A DNA stretch of 60,326 nt, counting the filler, from Sphacelaria rigidula (taxonomy: Eukaryota): NCBI GenBank assembly GCA_964200075.2. It is 6 parts of 6 records of this genome, joined end to end, with 100 filler letters (N's around TTAATTAATTAA, not from the genome) between each part and the next. Parts side by side here need not be neighbours in the genome. Positions count along the whole stretch, not along the records: positions 40,286 to 50,256 come from CAXNAA020007389.1; positions 50,357 to 60,326 come from CAXNAA020007390.1; 4 more parts are not named here. One strand, given 5' to 3'. This document shows, one piece after another, positions 40,286 through 52,492 of the stretch. Position numbers and translations under genes: made by a program. Numbering within the stretch: the stretch's first letter is position 1; every line of letters begins with the position of its first letter. The notes beneath the pieces are model-generated. The model searched no databases. It was given only the letters and a program-made list of their open reading frames with translations, and was not told the origin of the DNA.

Positions 40286-40969
40286 ATGTCACGTGTCACG
40301 TATATTATACGTTACACGTGACATGAAACGTTACATGTTACGTTACACGTTACATGTATATATATATATTTTCTCCATCGTTTCATTGTATTTTATTTTA
40401 TTTGCTGCGTACTTTCCTCTTGTTTTCCTTTTTCTTGTTTTATGTCGGCCATTTGTTTCTGTGCTTTGCTTGTGTTTGCTTTTTTTTTTTCCCGACTTAG
40501 ACTGCTATGTCGTTCTGTTCGACTCCTCTTCCTTCTTTTTTTCCCTTAGAGCATGTTTCAAAATTCACCGCAGAGTTGAAGTGTTCACCGCTTCATTAAA
40601 CGTGTTTATGACGTCTTATTTTGATTTTTCTTGATCGATTGATTGATTGTCGCACTTTAACTAACCCCCCAGGGGTCCAGCCGTGGTCTCATGATAGACG
40701 TACCCAACAAAAACGAACCTGAAACGCTCCATTCGAACTTGACACGTGTCAACGTCACGTTACATAATACGTGACACGTGACAATGTCACGTTACATATC
40801 ACGTCACATGTAACGAAACGTCACGTTAATTTATTTGAACGTGATTAACGTCACGTTCACGTAACGTTAGAATTTCCAAACGTGACACGCGTCACGTGTC
40901 ACGTTACGTTAAATTTTACGAACGTGATTCACGTCACGTTCACGTTCACGTGTCACGTATCCCTCCCTG
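40286..40969. mobile_element. Right part of a related CACGTG/ACGT-rich hAT-like element, interrupted at about 40345-40740
   Basis: Dense acgtgtcacgt/acgttac motifs ending CCCTG followed by GAAATTTT. Confidence 0.6.
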
Positions 40970-42631
40970 GAAATTTTGACACGACGTTGTCATCATCACT
41001 AGGCACAACCTTCCCGGGGATATCAAGAATGAAAACCACAACAACAGAAACTTGGAGCGATTTTAAGTTTCTGCAAAAACTAGAAAAATGCTATAACTCC
41101 GTGAAAATGAATAAATACGGGGGCATCCCTGGTGTACTTGTGTGCCCTTGTGTGGAGGAAATCCTGGTGCAATTTCGGCCAAAAATTCCAGAATTTTGGC
41201 GCAGCATCCAAATTTTCGTGTGGCACGGCTGCGCTCCTTTAATCCAAAGAATGCAGTTGACTCCAGTTATGGAGGTCACGAGTTCGAATCCCGACGGATT
41301 CCTTTTTTTTGTTCCGTTGGTTAGGTGATACATTATGCAGCACATGTTTTTCATTTTTTTTTATTTAGGAGCGGTGCCGTGCGTTATCACATTGGTCTGC
41401 AATCACACCGATATACTCAAGTCGTGCCGATTTGGTACACTCGATAAGATGTGGTGTGGCATGTAAATGCGGGATTTACTGCTGGCCCAGCTCGTACATA
41501 AATGCAGTCGAGAAAGAAACCACAGGGGAGGATTTAGCATCATGATCCCCTTTCGGATAACTCGAGAAAAAAATAACGGGGGGGGAATTTGATACCATGA
41601 TCCTCTTTCGGACGACGTGAGAGAAATAAAGGAATTTGATGTTTCATAATCAATGTCAGGATTTATTTTGGATATTTTGATTCGTCGGCTCTAAGTTTTG
41701 GGGTTTCGAGTTCGATGTTTTCAATTACGGGAGGAATATGGCGTGGATTCCACCTCAAGTATACTTCCGCGAGTGAAGCGGCTTTTGAGTCAAGGGTGTC
41801 ATCAAACATTTATTGCAGAATTGAGTGTGTTGCTCGAATGTCATCATTGGAATTGAGGAATCTAAAAAGAGTGTGTACTGTGCATTTATTTACGTGATTT
41901 TTCATTGTTTCAAGGAACATTGGGGGACCTGTATCAAGTTTTTCTTGTGGTGTATACTGACTGACGCAAATGATTATTGGAACGAAGCATTTATGGGTTA
42001 CGAAGAACTGAAGATGTTCAGAATTTGAACTTTCGATTGCTCAAGCAGGTGATTTTGCGACGTCTGTATGTGACTGAAGAGGTTTTTCCCTGACGGGATC
42101 AGGTTTTCGTTTTCAGTTCTTGGTAATATAGTGTTGTTGGTTTAATGTTTGGCGAACATGGAGTATTCTCTCATTTCGAGTAAGAAGCGTTGAATATCGA
42201 GTATTAACTTTCAGGACTTGAGCCATGAGTAGGGGGGCTGATCGAATATACTCACACTCAAGTATGATATACATAGTTGATCAATTTTGCCCGCACCAAT
42301 TATTCCGACTACGTGTCATCCTGGAGTCATATTATACCCTAGTTAAGAATAGGCGACGATCGAAATCAAGCACGAGTACTGTCGGGGCGGATAATATCGG
42401 CGGTTAATCCGAGTATTGATTATCATGGAATTCTCTTGAAGGTTTAACGGTGTGCCACGAAGCCGCGGAGCCGGGATTTGGTGTATTACGAAGCGGAGTC
42501 GTGGAATATAACGAGGCTAGTATGTGATGTGTGGTGTTCCTACAATGGGTGGATAGGACGGCAGACCAGTTGTTCACGATTGTGTGGTCGGCTTTCTCCA
42601 CCGCTATCAGTTGTCCACCGGTCTATCAGCT

Positions 42632-42681
42632 TGTGAGTCTGTGAGTCTGTGAGTCTGTGAGTCTGTGAGTCTGTGAGTCTG
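42632..42681. repeat. (TGTGAGTC)n tandem repeat
   Basis: Six copies visible. Confidence 0.9.
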
Positions 42682-43643
42682 TCCGTCAGTTCTTCAGTTC
42701 ACGTCCGCCGCGAGTTCGTATATATATATATAATATGATACAATACATGTTTTGTCTCAACCGGCCACGACCGGCCAAACGCTAATCCCGACGATGCACC
42801 CGGAGCACGAGATATCCGTTTACATAATAAGACGTGCCCACCGCTGTCCTGTGTTGCACTACTACTATTAAATCTCCCGGACTTACTTGCTTGACCGACG
42901 AGAAGACTCGGCGGTGGTGTTGCGTTGCATGTTCCCTGTCCCCTACGAGAGCCGCCACGAGTGGTGGAGTGCGCGGAATTGTTTCATCAAGTTCACTCGC
43001 GATCGGTGCTGTAACGAGGCCCACCGTTGCTGAAAACGCTAGATTTACCGGCACATCTTGCCCGCCCATCACCACTTTGTTAACGTACTATCATCCTGTG
43101 ACTACAGTGAGCTACTATAAATGCGAAGTGCACAGAGATGTTTTACCGAAATGTTGTAAATTAGTTCATACAGTGAAGAGAAGAAAACGTGCAAAAAATG
43201 GCACTTTGTACGGTAAGAAACTATGTGTTCATGCTCTTGGCCGTGTGTACGCACACAGCAGGCTGACACACGCTCCTGTACCGCGCCACCAATCCATTCA
43301 GGAGCGAACGAGGAGGATCTTGAACATTAATGAGACGTACAAACAAGGGCAGTGAGACATTTACCGGGGCATCCATCAAAATACGATGGGAGGAGGAGCG
43401 GGTGTTCCACACGCAGGTCTAAGAGACGGTGCACCACCACCTTAAGCGTTACCCCACGTTCTCAAACGCGAACACCCTCTCGACTGTTGTGTTTTACTGA
43501 CCCATAATAGGTAATTGTTGGAACAACCCAGAGTACTCAGAGATCGCGCAGAGCGCAACATCAGCAAATAGCCATCTGGGTCCTCATGTCAGCCGCTCTC
43601 GTCAGGGAGCACTCGGTATCCTCCTTTTCTTACCAAGGCAGAG

Positions 43644-44087
43644 GGGGTATAACAGCCTGGATCAGTTTCTGGGGTTCAACATCTGGGTGAGGTTCAACTC
43701 GAAAGTAGTGCCTTTCCCTGACCTAAAGTCATGACCAATGAATTTTATATGGACGACTTCGTGCCCCCCGACCTCCTTAAAAGTATTTTCGGGGGTTGCC
43801 CGTGTTCCGTGCTCCTAAAGCGTATGTACGAAAGCACCAATTCGAGCTAAAAATGTCCCCTTTTTCGCCCCGATATCGAGATAAAAAGGTGCTTTTGCAC
43901 ATACGCTTTAGGGGCACGGAAGACGAGCAACCCCGAAAAAATGGTTTTGAGGAGGTCGGGGGGCATGAGGTCATCCATATGAAATTCATTGATCATGACT
44001 CTAGGCCAGGGAAAGCACTGTTTTCGACTAGAATCTCACCCACATGTTGAACCTCAAACACGGATCCAGGCTGTTGTATGTATCCCC
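43644..44087. mobile_element. Foldback MITE, ~195-bp arms with a ~50-bp spacer
   Basis: 43644-43838 is the imperfect reverse complement of 43888-44087; GGGG...CCCC ends. Confidence 0.75.
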
Positions 44088-44351
44088 TTTTTTTCTATAG
44101 CTCCCTATTGCAATATCTTCTGTGCAATGTGCTGTTTCGTTGGAGGGCTCGACGTTCACGGTGCTGGCACCAGATGTGCACATTTGATCGAATTCATGTT
44201 ATACACTAGTCGGCTCGATATCGGCGGGCATGGTCACAACGAAACCGCCGAGCTATCGATCGTGAGATGCACTTTAATAGGGCAACAAGAACCAGAGGAC
44301 AGAACGAACGCTCCCTTGCGAAATCGCCATCGAAATACTGCACCGTACCAG

Positions 44352-45331
44352 GAAGATGAACGCGGTAAAAGCGAACTGGGCGAGGTCACCGAAAATCTCA
44401 AATTTTGGAAGGAGCACTGCAGTGAACTTGGATATGACTCAGATGGCGAATCGTTGAGTCAGGGATCACCGGCAGACAGCATGGACGTGGGCGGGAGCGC
44501 CGCACGGCGAGCGAAGGAGGTGAGAGCAACGGTCGAAAAAGAAAAGAAAATGCGTGCGGTACTTTCCTCAGTATCTTCAACGTAAGAACAAAGTCGTGGG
44601 CACCCCAGGAGCAGAACGAGGTCTATTGTAGGGTATCTGACGCATGTGAGGGGGCTAATCTGGGAATGACTATTGCATTGGGGCTTGAAATTTTCCTCGT
44701 CGACACGAAGCAAGGCCTCCGCTCTGCCCCGCCTACGATCTTCCCGGCCGGTTTTGTGGCCTCACCCTTTCCGTGGCCATAGATATCGCCACTCGTTCAA
44801 ACCAAATTGCTGCTCGCGAACACATACGCGATTCACATATTGTTCTAGAGGGAAGCGGACGAGCGAGCCGAGCGGTCGAGGCGCAAGAAGGCTCGAGAGG
44901 TCTTCCAAATGTTCGATGCAGATGGAAGCCAAACCATCTCCACATCGGAAATGAAGGCGAGCTCAAATCTGCAACGATATTTGATATCCGCAAGCGTTTT
45001 TTTGTTTTTACTCGTCAGCGCGTATACCAGGCTGATAGCACCGCGAGCGATATTGGTACCCCGGCTGCAAAAGACGATCCTATGGGGTGCGTTTCACGCA
45101 CCGTTCGTTGCTGATATCAAGGCTCGTGAAGTGTTGCTCAAATGCTCCCGCGGAACGCCGCCCCCCACATGTATACCGCATCCTACCGACGTCACATAAG
45201 CATGAAGTTCCGCCAGAGCGGGGTCTCCAATGCCTTCTTACCTTCGGTCGTGTCTCATCGATTCGGCGGTGGTGATTGCGTGCAACCCCCTCGTCTTTTC
45301 TCATGTGACCATTTGATTTGACGGAAGTACC

Positions 45332-45373
<42 letters not shown>

Positions 45374-48300
45374 TCCCACCTTTCTCATCACTCCTCGCTC
45401 GAATCTAGTACTTGAAAGCTAACCTGCACGTGTGGTCGGTCCCCCGACTGTTCCGGTTCCATGTCGACCTCTGCACCGCAGGAACTACTCGCCGAGATGT
45501 GTGTCCCCCTAGATCAGCCCCAGCTCAAGGTCCTCATGAAAGAAATCGACACGGACGGGAGTGGTGAAGTCGACTTTGAGGAGGTGCATACATCGATACA
45601 TACCATGGCGTGCAGTGTGTAACCCCCCCCCGCGACGACCACTTCCATCGTTCCTTTTCTCACGAGGAGAGATATCTGAATGATTTCGAAAACAACAGAT
45701 TTTCCAGTTTGGGTGTCACTGCTACTGTGATAACACGTTTCATTGCGAGAATATATGGATATGGACGAGATTTGCTGGAGAATGTTGTACATTTGTGAAG
45801 TACCGTAGTGGATGTAAATCGGCGTTGCTGCATAGCGATGCTCGCAGCCCCGACTCCCCCCACTTCCGGCGCGAAGTCTTCCCCGCAATCCGCGTAATGG
45901 TGGTTATGGTGGTGGCGGTGCATCCTTATTGCTTGACACTGTTTGCTGTTGGGCTGAGGACGAACCGCCCTCAGCTGTCTTCTGAGGGAGGACAGAACAG
46001 TATCGAATCATCCTACGACGAGGGAGGGGTATTTGAATGCACAAAAACGAGGCTCATAAGTGTGTCAGACGATCTGCCACACTCGCGGTGCGCTTGTATT
46101 TGGTTCAGAACGGTGTCGATCGGTGTGAATGAGCGTTATTTATCTATAACAAGCTCGTTCGAGCAACCATTGCTGCTTTCAATCATGGATTGACTCGGAA
46201 TTTCGTGCAAGAAGTGGCCCAAAATCCCCCCCTCCCCCCTCCGGTGCTCCGTCTGGAAGGGGATGCGTGGTCAATGATCAAACGACTAAGGCAAGCAACA
46301 AATGAGTACGCCCTCCCCCCTCCCTATAGTAGGATGACTCTATTGTCGTACGACCACAGTCCCAGCAGCCTTGGTAACGTCGGCAATCAAGACAACCTCT
46401 GTATTCGTAGTTGGGGCGCTGCTTGAGCGTTGTGACGGTTTAAGAGGCAACCAACTAGACTACTGACCAGTCAGTGTTACTGGTCAGTAGTCTAGTTGGT
46501 TTCCTCTTTCACTGACTGGTCAGTAGTCTAGTTGGTTGCCTCTTAAACCGTCACAAAAGTTAGTCGTGGCGGTCCTCCCCCGTCACTTTCACTCCCAGTA
46601 GGGTGACTCCCCTTGCCAGCGCTCTATCGACTGCCGTCCGGATGTCTAATGTTGTCACTCTCATCATGCCCTAGAGTTACTCGTAGCCCCCGCTCTTTCC
46701 CAGAGTGTGTGCACCAGGGTCCCTAGCAGTCAACTCCAAACATAGCTACCAGGCTATACCCCACCCTTCTTCTTTTGGGCCCATTTTTTACTGAGGTTTT
46801 CTCTCCTCTTTTTTCTCCAAAGAAAGTGCGTCCGACGGGAATCGAACCAGCGACTAAATTTTGCGACGGTTTAAGAGCCAACCAGCTAGACTACTGACCA
46901 GTCGCTCAGTCGTGGGGGTTTGACCCCCGTCACTTTCAGGTTATCAGTAATCTAGTCGATTGTCTTTTAAACCGTCACAGCGTCGACGTAGTTTATATGT
47001 TGTGCCGTCGGACAGTTCGGTGAAAAACTGACCGCAAGAATGGTACCGATCTACTGCGCCGCGCCCTGGTGATCTAACTGGGTCAACAGCGGCCAGTTAG
47101 TGCGCTGTGTTGCAGGGTCGAATCCCAAAAGATACGATCTTTTTGCAAGCAAAATCTGATTCCTGTCGTGAAGAATGTGAGGACGCGAGTAGCGAAGGAA
47201 GCTCGACAAGATTCAGTACGGTGCGGAAGTGCTGGATGATCCCGTCCAATTCACGATGACAAAATGCCGGCGTTTACCGGGGTGTACATTGATTGATCCC
47301 CCGAGACTACTACGGACTGATGTCGAGGAAGGGAAGGTGTTGAGGCATGGCGCAAAAAACAACGAACCAGCAAGGAGCAGGAAGAGGGATCTTTTCTGGT
47401 GGTGGCTCAAAAACGTTTTCTATTTTCATTTTCCATACACCCACCAACGAAAACCGGTAAATAGAGAGGGAAAAAGTAAAAAACAAATGAAGTACGTACG
47501 ATAAGGAAAAGTTGGATGCTATCGGAAAAAAAAGAGACGGAAGTGTTCTTCATACCACGGTTGAACTGTAATGTAAAGCCACTCACTGCTTCCGCCGATT
47601 TTCGGGCAGTTTTATCGATGGTATCGAGATAACGCCTCCGCTTCTAGAAGTGCCGAAAAGACCAGAACAGTGGGCCTCTTTGCGAGGAAGTTCATCCATG
47701 GGTTGACGGGGTTCACTCTCCGAATGGAAGCCATGCGCATCATCATCGCTCAGGCTCAGGCTCAGGTATGTAGCGTATCGCCCACACACGATGAAACGGC
47801 CGCAGTAGTGAGCGAAGTAAAGTTCTCTCCACGTACACCGACATGCACGGTCCTTTTGCGCAAGGGCGATGTTTTGGGCGGTTGCAATACTATAGTGACT
47901 GCAAAAGAGTAATATATACGAAGTATATATGTATATATCGATAGGTATTTTGAGCTATTTTCAAAACCCTGTCATCAACGCAGCCTTGATTTTCATAGAG
48001 CATTGTATATATTGAGATAGTCATACCCCCAGACCACCCGGTCCGCAGTGCTAGAACATCAGGTCTTACGGCAGTCATTCCTGCACGACGTTGATCGTGA
48101 TCGTTGATCAACAATGTTTTGAACGTCAGTTGAGGTGAGTGACTGGGGAACGAAAGTCCGCGTGACCCGGCGGTTGACCCCTCCCCCCCCACCCCCCCGC
48201 CGCCTGCGTACGGCTATGTCATGCATGATCATGAGTACCCCCCCGCCGCCTAGGCTCTAGCAAAGAGATACCTTGAGCGTAGCGTGTATACATGGGGAGA

Positions 48301-48696
48301 GTAACAAACGCATGGATCCTACGCGGTCATGCATTATCACCTTGGCGAAGCTGTGCACTCTGTACCCGGAAGATGGCTTGAAATTCCACGCTGAGAGTGT
48401 CGACGTCACTTTACTGGCGGACAATGTATTCGTGACACACTCGACGATCAAGTGCTCCCAGGTATTTATCATCCCGCGTGATGAAGATTACTCACACTTT
48501 TCGACATTCTCGGCTGCAGGTAGAGAAGCGAGAGCGGGAAAGGTTTCGCCTGTCCAGGCCACCGAGGATTGTGTGCGATGACTGCGGGCAAGCGTTTGCT
48601 AGTGCAGACAGGGCGAGAAAACACTTTGTGAGGCGAGACGTTCACCACCAGGCTAAGGACGCCGCGGAGTCTGAGGCCAACCGACGGTTCCACCCG
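44352..48696 (+). CDS. EF-hand pair plus C2H2-type zinc finger protein, partial (exons 44352-44519, 44849-44956, 45482-45583, 47610-47765, 48520-48696)
   Basis: All joins are phase 0: AREVFQMFDADGSQTISTSEMK|ELLAEMCVPLDQPQLKVLMKEIDTDGSGEVDFEE|FYRWY (two canonical EF loops), later CDDCGQAFASADRARKHFVRRDVHH. One join requires a GC donor at 44957. The first exon is less certain. Confidence 0.8.
45333..45371. repeat. (AC)n microsatellite
   Basis: Direct observation. Other simple repeats: (TA)n at 460-482 and 3776-3792, (CACAG)n at 6467-6501, (TGT)n at 54777-54806. Confidence 0.9.
46006..46339. mobile_element. MITE with TCATCCTAC-G-run TIRs
   Basis: aatcatcctacgacgagggaggggt ... ccctatagtaggatgact. 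The same left end occurs at 30048-30114. Confidence 0.6.
46243..46310 (+). mobile_element. Short 3' LINE fragment with 13-bp TSD
   Basis: TSD CCCTCCCCCCTCC at 46230-46242 and 46311-46323. Confidence 0.8.
46431..46979. mobile_element. TGT...ACA element with ~41-bp tRNA-head-derived TIRs and 4-bp TSD
   Basis: TGTGACGGTTTAA ... TTAAACCGTCACA, with GCGT on both flanks (46427-46430, 46980-46983). Confidence 0.7.
48206..48237 (+). mobile_element. 32-bp 3' LINE fragment (variant subfamily) with 14-bp TSD
   Basis: TSD CCCCCCCGCCGCCT at 48192-48205 and 48238-48251; insert ends CATGAGTA. Confidence 0.7.
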
Positions 48697-49675
48697 GTGA
48701 GCAGGATTACTGCCGAGCACCAACCTTTTGACCGCCTGAGTGAATGATTTTGGGTATCACAGTCACTTTTCAAGTGAAAACGATGGCGACCCAACAGATG
48801 ACCGACCCTGGCGGGCAGAAGGGTTGATACCGGAAAATGACTGTACACCGCGAAAATTGTTACGCCGTAAAATGGTTGACTCTCACCCGCAAGAAGGTCC
48901 GTCACACCGCAAAGGTGTTTACTATGCGCACGAACAACAAATGTTCATGCAGTACTGACGATTTTGTTTTGTTGCCCGAAAAAATCGTCGGATAGTCTGT
49001 TTGTTGCGTTGTGTTGCTGTTCGGTACGCTTGTTTGCTTGGCAAGCGATTGACAGCTGCTGCTCGTGGAGATCATCCGGTTATTCGTGATCAACGAACTC
49101 CCTTTGAAGCAACCATGCTCGCTCGATATCTTTAGGCACCCAGTTCCGACCGCGGGAGTATGCGGGGCGATACATGTTGTATAATTCGCAGCTCTTTGCC
49201 GAAGAGGAGGGTCGACGAATCACTGGTTTCCGATGTCACCGCGTGCACTCCTCGGCCACTTTCTACTATCTTCCCCTCCACGGCGAGGGAGTAGTACTGC
49301 TTAGAGGATTCATGTGCCATTGCGGCCTTTTCCTGGATGATTGATCGAGTGCCCCCCACTATTCACTGATCTGCTACAAACCCATAAGTGGTCATTAGAT
49401 ACAAGGTTTTGAGGTACTCGTCATGATGAATAAACGACATCACTCTTCAAAGGGCAGTCAGTCAGCAAACAGAGCAGAAGGAAAACAGAGAAGAAAATAA
49501 CTGACGTGATTGGACAAAACAAAATAGAAAAAAAAAATGATATTACCGCTGGGCAAACACCTGGTACCGGTCCCGAGAAAGTCTCCCGACAGACTCTTGC
49601 CAGGGCTTCAGATCCAAGGTCGCACAAAATCACGGCGTTGGTACATTCTCTGACGTTATCGTGCAAAACAATTTC

Positions 49676-49850
49676 ACCCGGATCATCCATCTGGGATATG
49701 GTTATACATGTGGGATATGGGTATACATCTGGCGTATCCCATTTGAAAACTTTTCACCTTCACCCATATTGAAAATCCATCTGGAACGTCGGATCTGTCT
49801 GGGATCTTTGATCCGTCTTGGACCACGCATTCATGTGAGATGTCTACCTC
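49676..49850. repeat. Second ATCCATCTGGGAT-like array
   Basis: catccatctgggatatgg and variants repeated. Confidence 0.55.
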
Positions 49851-50199
49851 TCTGCAAAGCGGCACGGCGTTGCATTAGCTCACGCAAACATGCACGCAAA
49901 GATTTATGTCCTGCGTGCGTACCCTGCGCTGCACCCTACCTACCATGCAGCGCATGTTAGCCCAGATGTACGCCCTACTGGCGCGCACAGCACGGCGCTC
50001 TACCAGGGCACGGGAACCTACATGTATGCGTGACCAACGCGCACGCCACGGTGCTCTCGCAGCGCATGCTGGCCTAGATGAATGGCGACCACTTACTCAC
50101 AACCGTACCTCCGGATGTGTGACTCCGTCTTCGAAGAGAAGATCATTTCGTCCGCGGCCTCGGGTCAGGATGACGGCTTGAGTTAGGGTTAGGGTTTAG

Positions 50200-50256
50200 G
50201 GGTGTACTCATGATCATGCATGCCATAGTCATCAGACCATTGACCACGCATTCCTA
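50200..50256 (-). mobile_element. 3' LINE fragment (variant subfamily) abutting telomere-like repeats
   Basis: Reverse complement reads ggaatgcgtggtcaatggtctgatgactatggcatgcatgatcatgagtaca-cccctaaaccctaaccctaa. Confidence 0.7.
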
Positions 50257-50451
50257 NNNNNNNNNNNNNNNNNNNNNNNNNNNNNNNNNNNNNNNNNNNN
50301 TTAATTAATTAANNNNNNNNNNNNNNNNNNNNNNNNNNNNNNNNNNNNNNNNNNNNCAGCCACCGTGATGAGCGGTGGCAAGCAAAACAAATTTGGACAA
50401 TCTTTGAGAAACTAAGAAATTACGGATTCTGCATACTTCTGACGCTGACTA

Positions 50452-50685
50452 CTGTACACAAAATTTGATTTACTGGTCGACGAGGAAAAGGGACTGCTGA
50501 ACCCCTCTCGCGATAAAAAATAGAAAGGCAAGCACCGCAGAAGGAAGATGGAGAACTGAAAAAGAAAAAGAAAACTCCTGTATTGGCTTCCTTCCTGTGT
50601 GACCCCGGCTGGTGCGCCCACACATACTGAAAGGAGGAGACCGGCGTCCAGGATAGATGGGACGACAACACACAGGACACACACC
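50452..50685 (+). mobile_element. 5'-truncated copy of the SINE family
   Basis: gtacacaaaattt...aacccctctcgcgataaaaaa...gggacgacaacacaca. A head-only copy also lies at about 10190-10250 on the minus strand. Confidence 0.75.
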
Positions 50686-51292
50686 CCGTGCGATATCACC
50701 GATTCGTGCGATTGATTGATTACCGCACTTAAATTGATCCCCCCAGAGATTCAGCCGTGGTCACATCAAAGATGTACCGGAGATTAGAAGCAAAACGGAA
50801 ATAACTCTCTCTCTAAAAGAAAGTGAAAGATATGACAGACGAACAGACAGAGTAGACCAAGAAAAAAAGAAAAAGAAAAATCAGGACGCAACGTGACGCT
50901 GAATAAAATCACAGCAGCTCTACAAATACACTCCTGCTATGTACAGACTCCGTCTGCATTTTCGCAAGTTATCATATGGATGTAACAGCGAGAAGTGTTC
51001 GTATACAGCGAAGGACACATTATATAACATACCGACGCGATTTCACACTTGGCGGGCCATACACGGATCGCTAGAACCCCGAAACACATGTCGTGATTAA
51101 GTAGTAGTACCGCGACCACATTTTTTCTTTTAGTATCTCGTGTATCAATCAATTTCGCTGAATCACTCCCGGCAGCAAGCTACCTCGTGCTTGAGGTTCT
51201 CTATGGCTCAGCGCACGTCCATGCAATGACGCCGATCCGTGCCGCCATGCGTATACTTGCCGTACCTATATAGTGACACCCCCATACTGGTG

Positions 51293-51362
51293 CTCCATCT
51301 CGAAAGGGATGCGTGGTCAATGGTCAGACGACTAAGGCAAGCAACAAATGAGTACGCCCCCC
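51293..51362 (+). mobile_element. Short 3' LINE fragment with 14-bp TSD
   Basis: TSD CCCCCATACTGGTG at 51279-51292 and 51363-51376. Confidence 0.85.
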
Positions 51363-51930
51363 CCCCCATACTGGTGACCACCTGTGAGGTTAATTCACCA
51401 CTCGGTACGGGTGAGAACTTCCTCGGAAACTCATGATTTCGAATAACTCTAACTCTAACCCTAACCCTCACCCCAACGAAGGCATATCGAGAACCCGCGG
51501 GCAAGGGGGGTGCACAGTGTTCCCTAGGCTAAGTGTGGGTTGTCACATCTCAAAATCGACGCGCAGGCGCCGATGAAGACAAAAACGCGGAGCACGCTAG
51601 GAGCACAGCCCCCATAAAAGATCCCGATGTTGGTGTTTACACCAAAACCATGTCGGGCCAACAAACCCTTGCCAAGTGGTGAACACTACTGCCACCTGTG
51701 ACCAAGCTAGTACCTGACCAGTGACAGCAAGTCGTGCATGTCGGATCAGAGTGGACGTGGCCAGTAGTATACTGTTACACACAGTGACGCGCCCTACACC
51801 AGTGACTGCATATTCTCTGAAACCAAGTGGTCCATGCTCGATCTGACGGCATGTGCGTGTGGGCGGTACACAGAGACAAAGACAGCACACCCTAGACAAT
51901 GACGAGAGGTGGCGTTGGCAAAAAGGAGTG

Positions 51931-52483
51931 CAGTAGGCGGTCTAACTACTCAGGGATGTTTTGGGATTTCCCTCGCGTACTACTCTTCGATAGCACTCGA
52001 AGTTGCTAGCGTCGGTAGATTTTTCTACAATCAACAGATAATTTTCGAAACACAGTGCCCAAGCCAGCGTCAGTTGGTGTTATCGGGCGATACGAGTAAA
52101 TACCCCGTTTATCAGGAGGGTGTAATTGACAGTGAGACACAGTTTTTCGGCTGTAGTGCAATGCGTGGGTGAAATTTCGAGGAAAAAAACTGTACATTTT
52201 TTCTCAAATATGATCGGGACACGCTCGATCGACCGAAAATACCGAAGAGTGGGAATCTGGGCTGAAAAGTGGCAGGACCCCCGATGACCGCTCAGCCAGT
52301 AAGTCACTCAATATTGAGTATAAACGTTTTTTTTTCTTGGAATGTGGAGGGGATACAGGGATACAAATATCTTCAGATCCCCCATGTGATAAGCGGTGGC
52401 AAGCGAAAAAAGCCCAAGAGAATTGCCAATTACGACAAAATCGCAAAATGCCACAAAATGAAGAGTTAGACCGCCCACTACTG
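51931..52483. mobile_element. Non-autonomous TIR element (CAGT-start, Tc1/mariner-like)
   Basis: TIR CAGTAGGCGGTCTAACT / AGTTAGACCGCCCACTACTG. Body shared with 1816-2230 and, inverted, with 52493-53016. Confidence 0.7.
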
Positions 52484-52492
52484 TACTGCGTA

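Noticed and set aside
42571-43134. Possible solo LTR (TGTTCAC...GTGCACA)
   Set aside because: No matching TSD and no second copy in the window.
43290-43640. Candidate upstream exons of the EF-hand gene
   Set aside because: Acceptor-like sites exist, but I could not build a phase-consistent chain.
48214-50228. Apparent 28-bp TIR pair enclosing the zinc-finger exon (Pack-TE-like capture)
   Set aside because: Both ends are independent 3' fragments of the C-run LINE in opposite orientations; the left one has its own 14-bp TSD.
9973-50356. Regularly spaced TTAATTAATTAA motifs and the apparent clustering of MCM2, CBM6, UTP20, EF-hand and formin genes
   Set aside because: These are assembly linkers between size-sorted contigs of 9970-9972 nt, so adjacency across them has no biological meaning.
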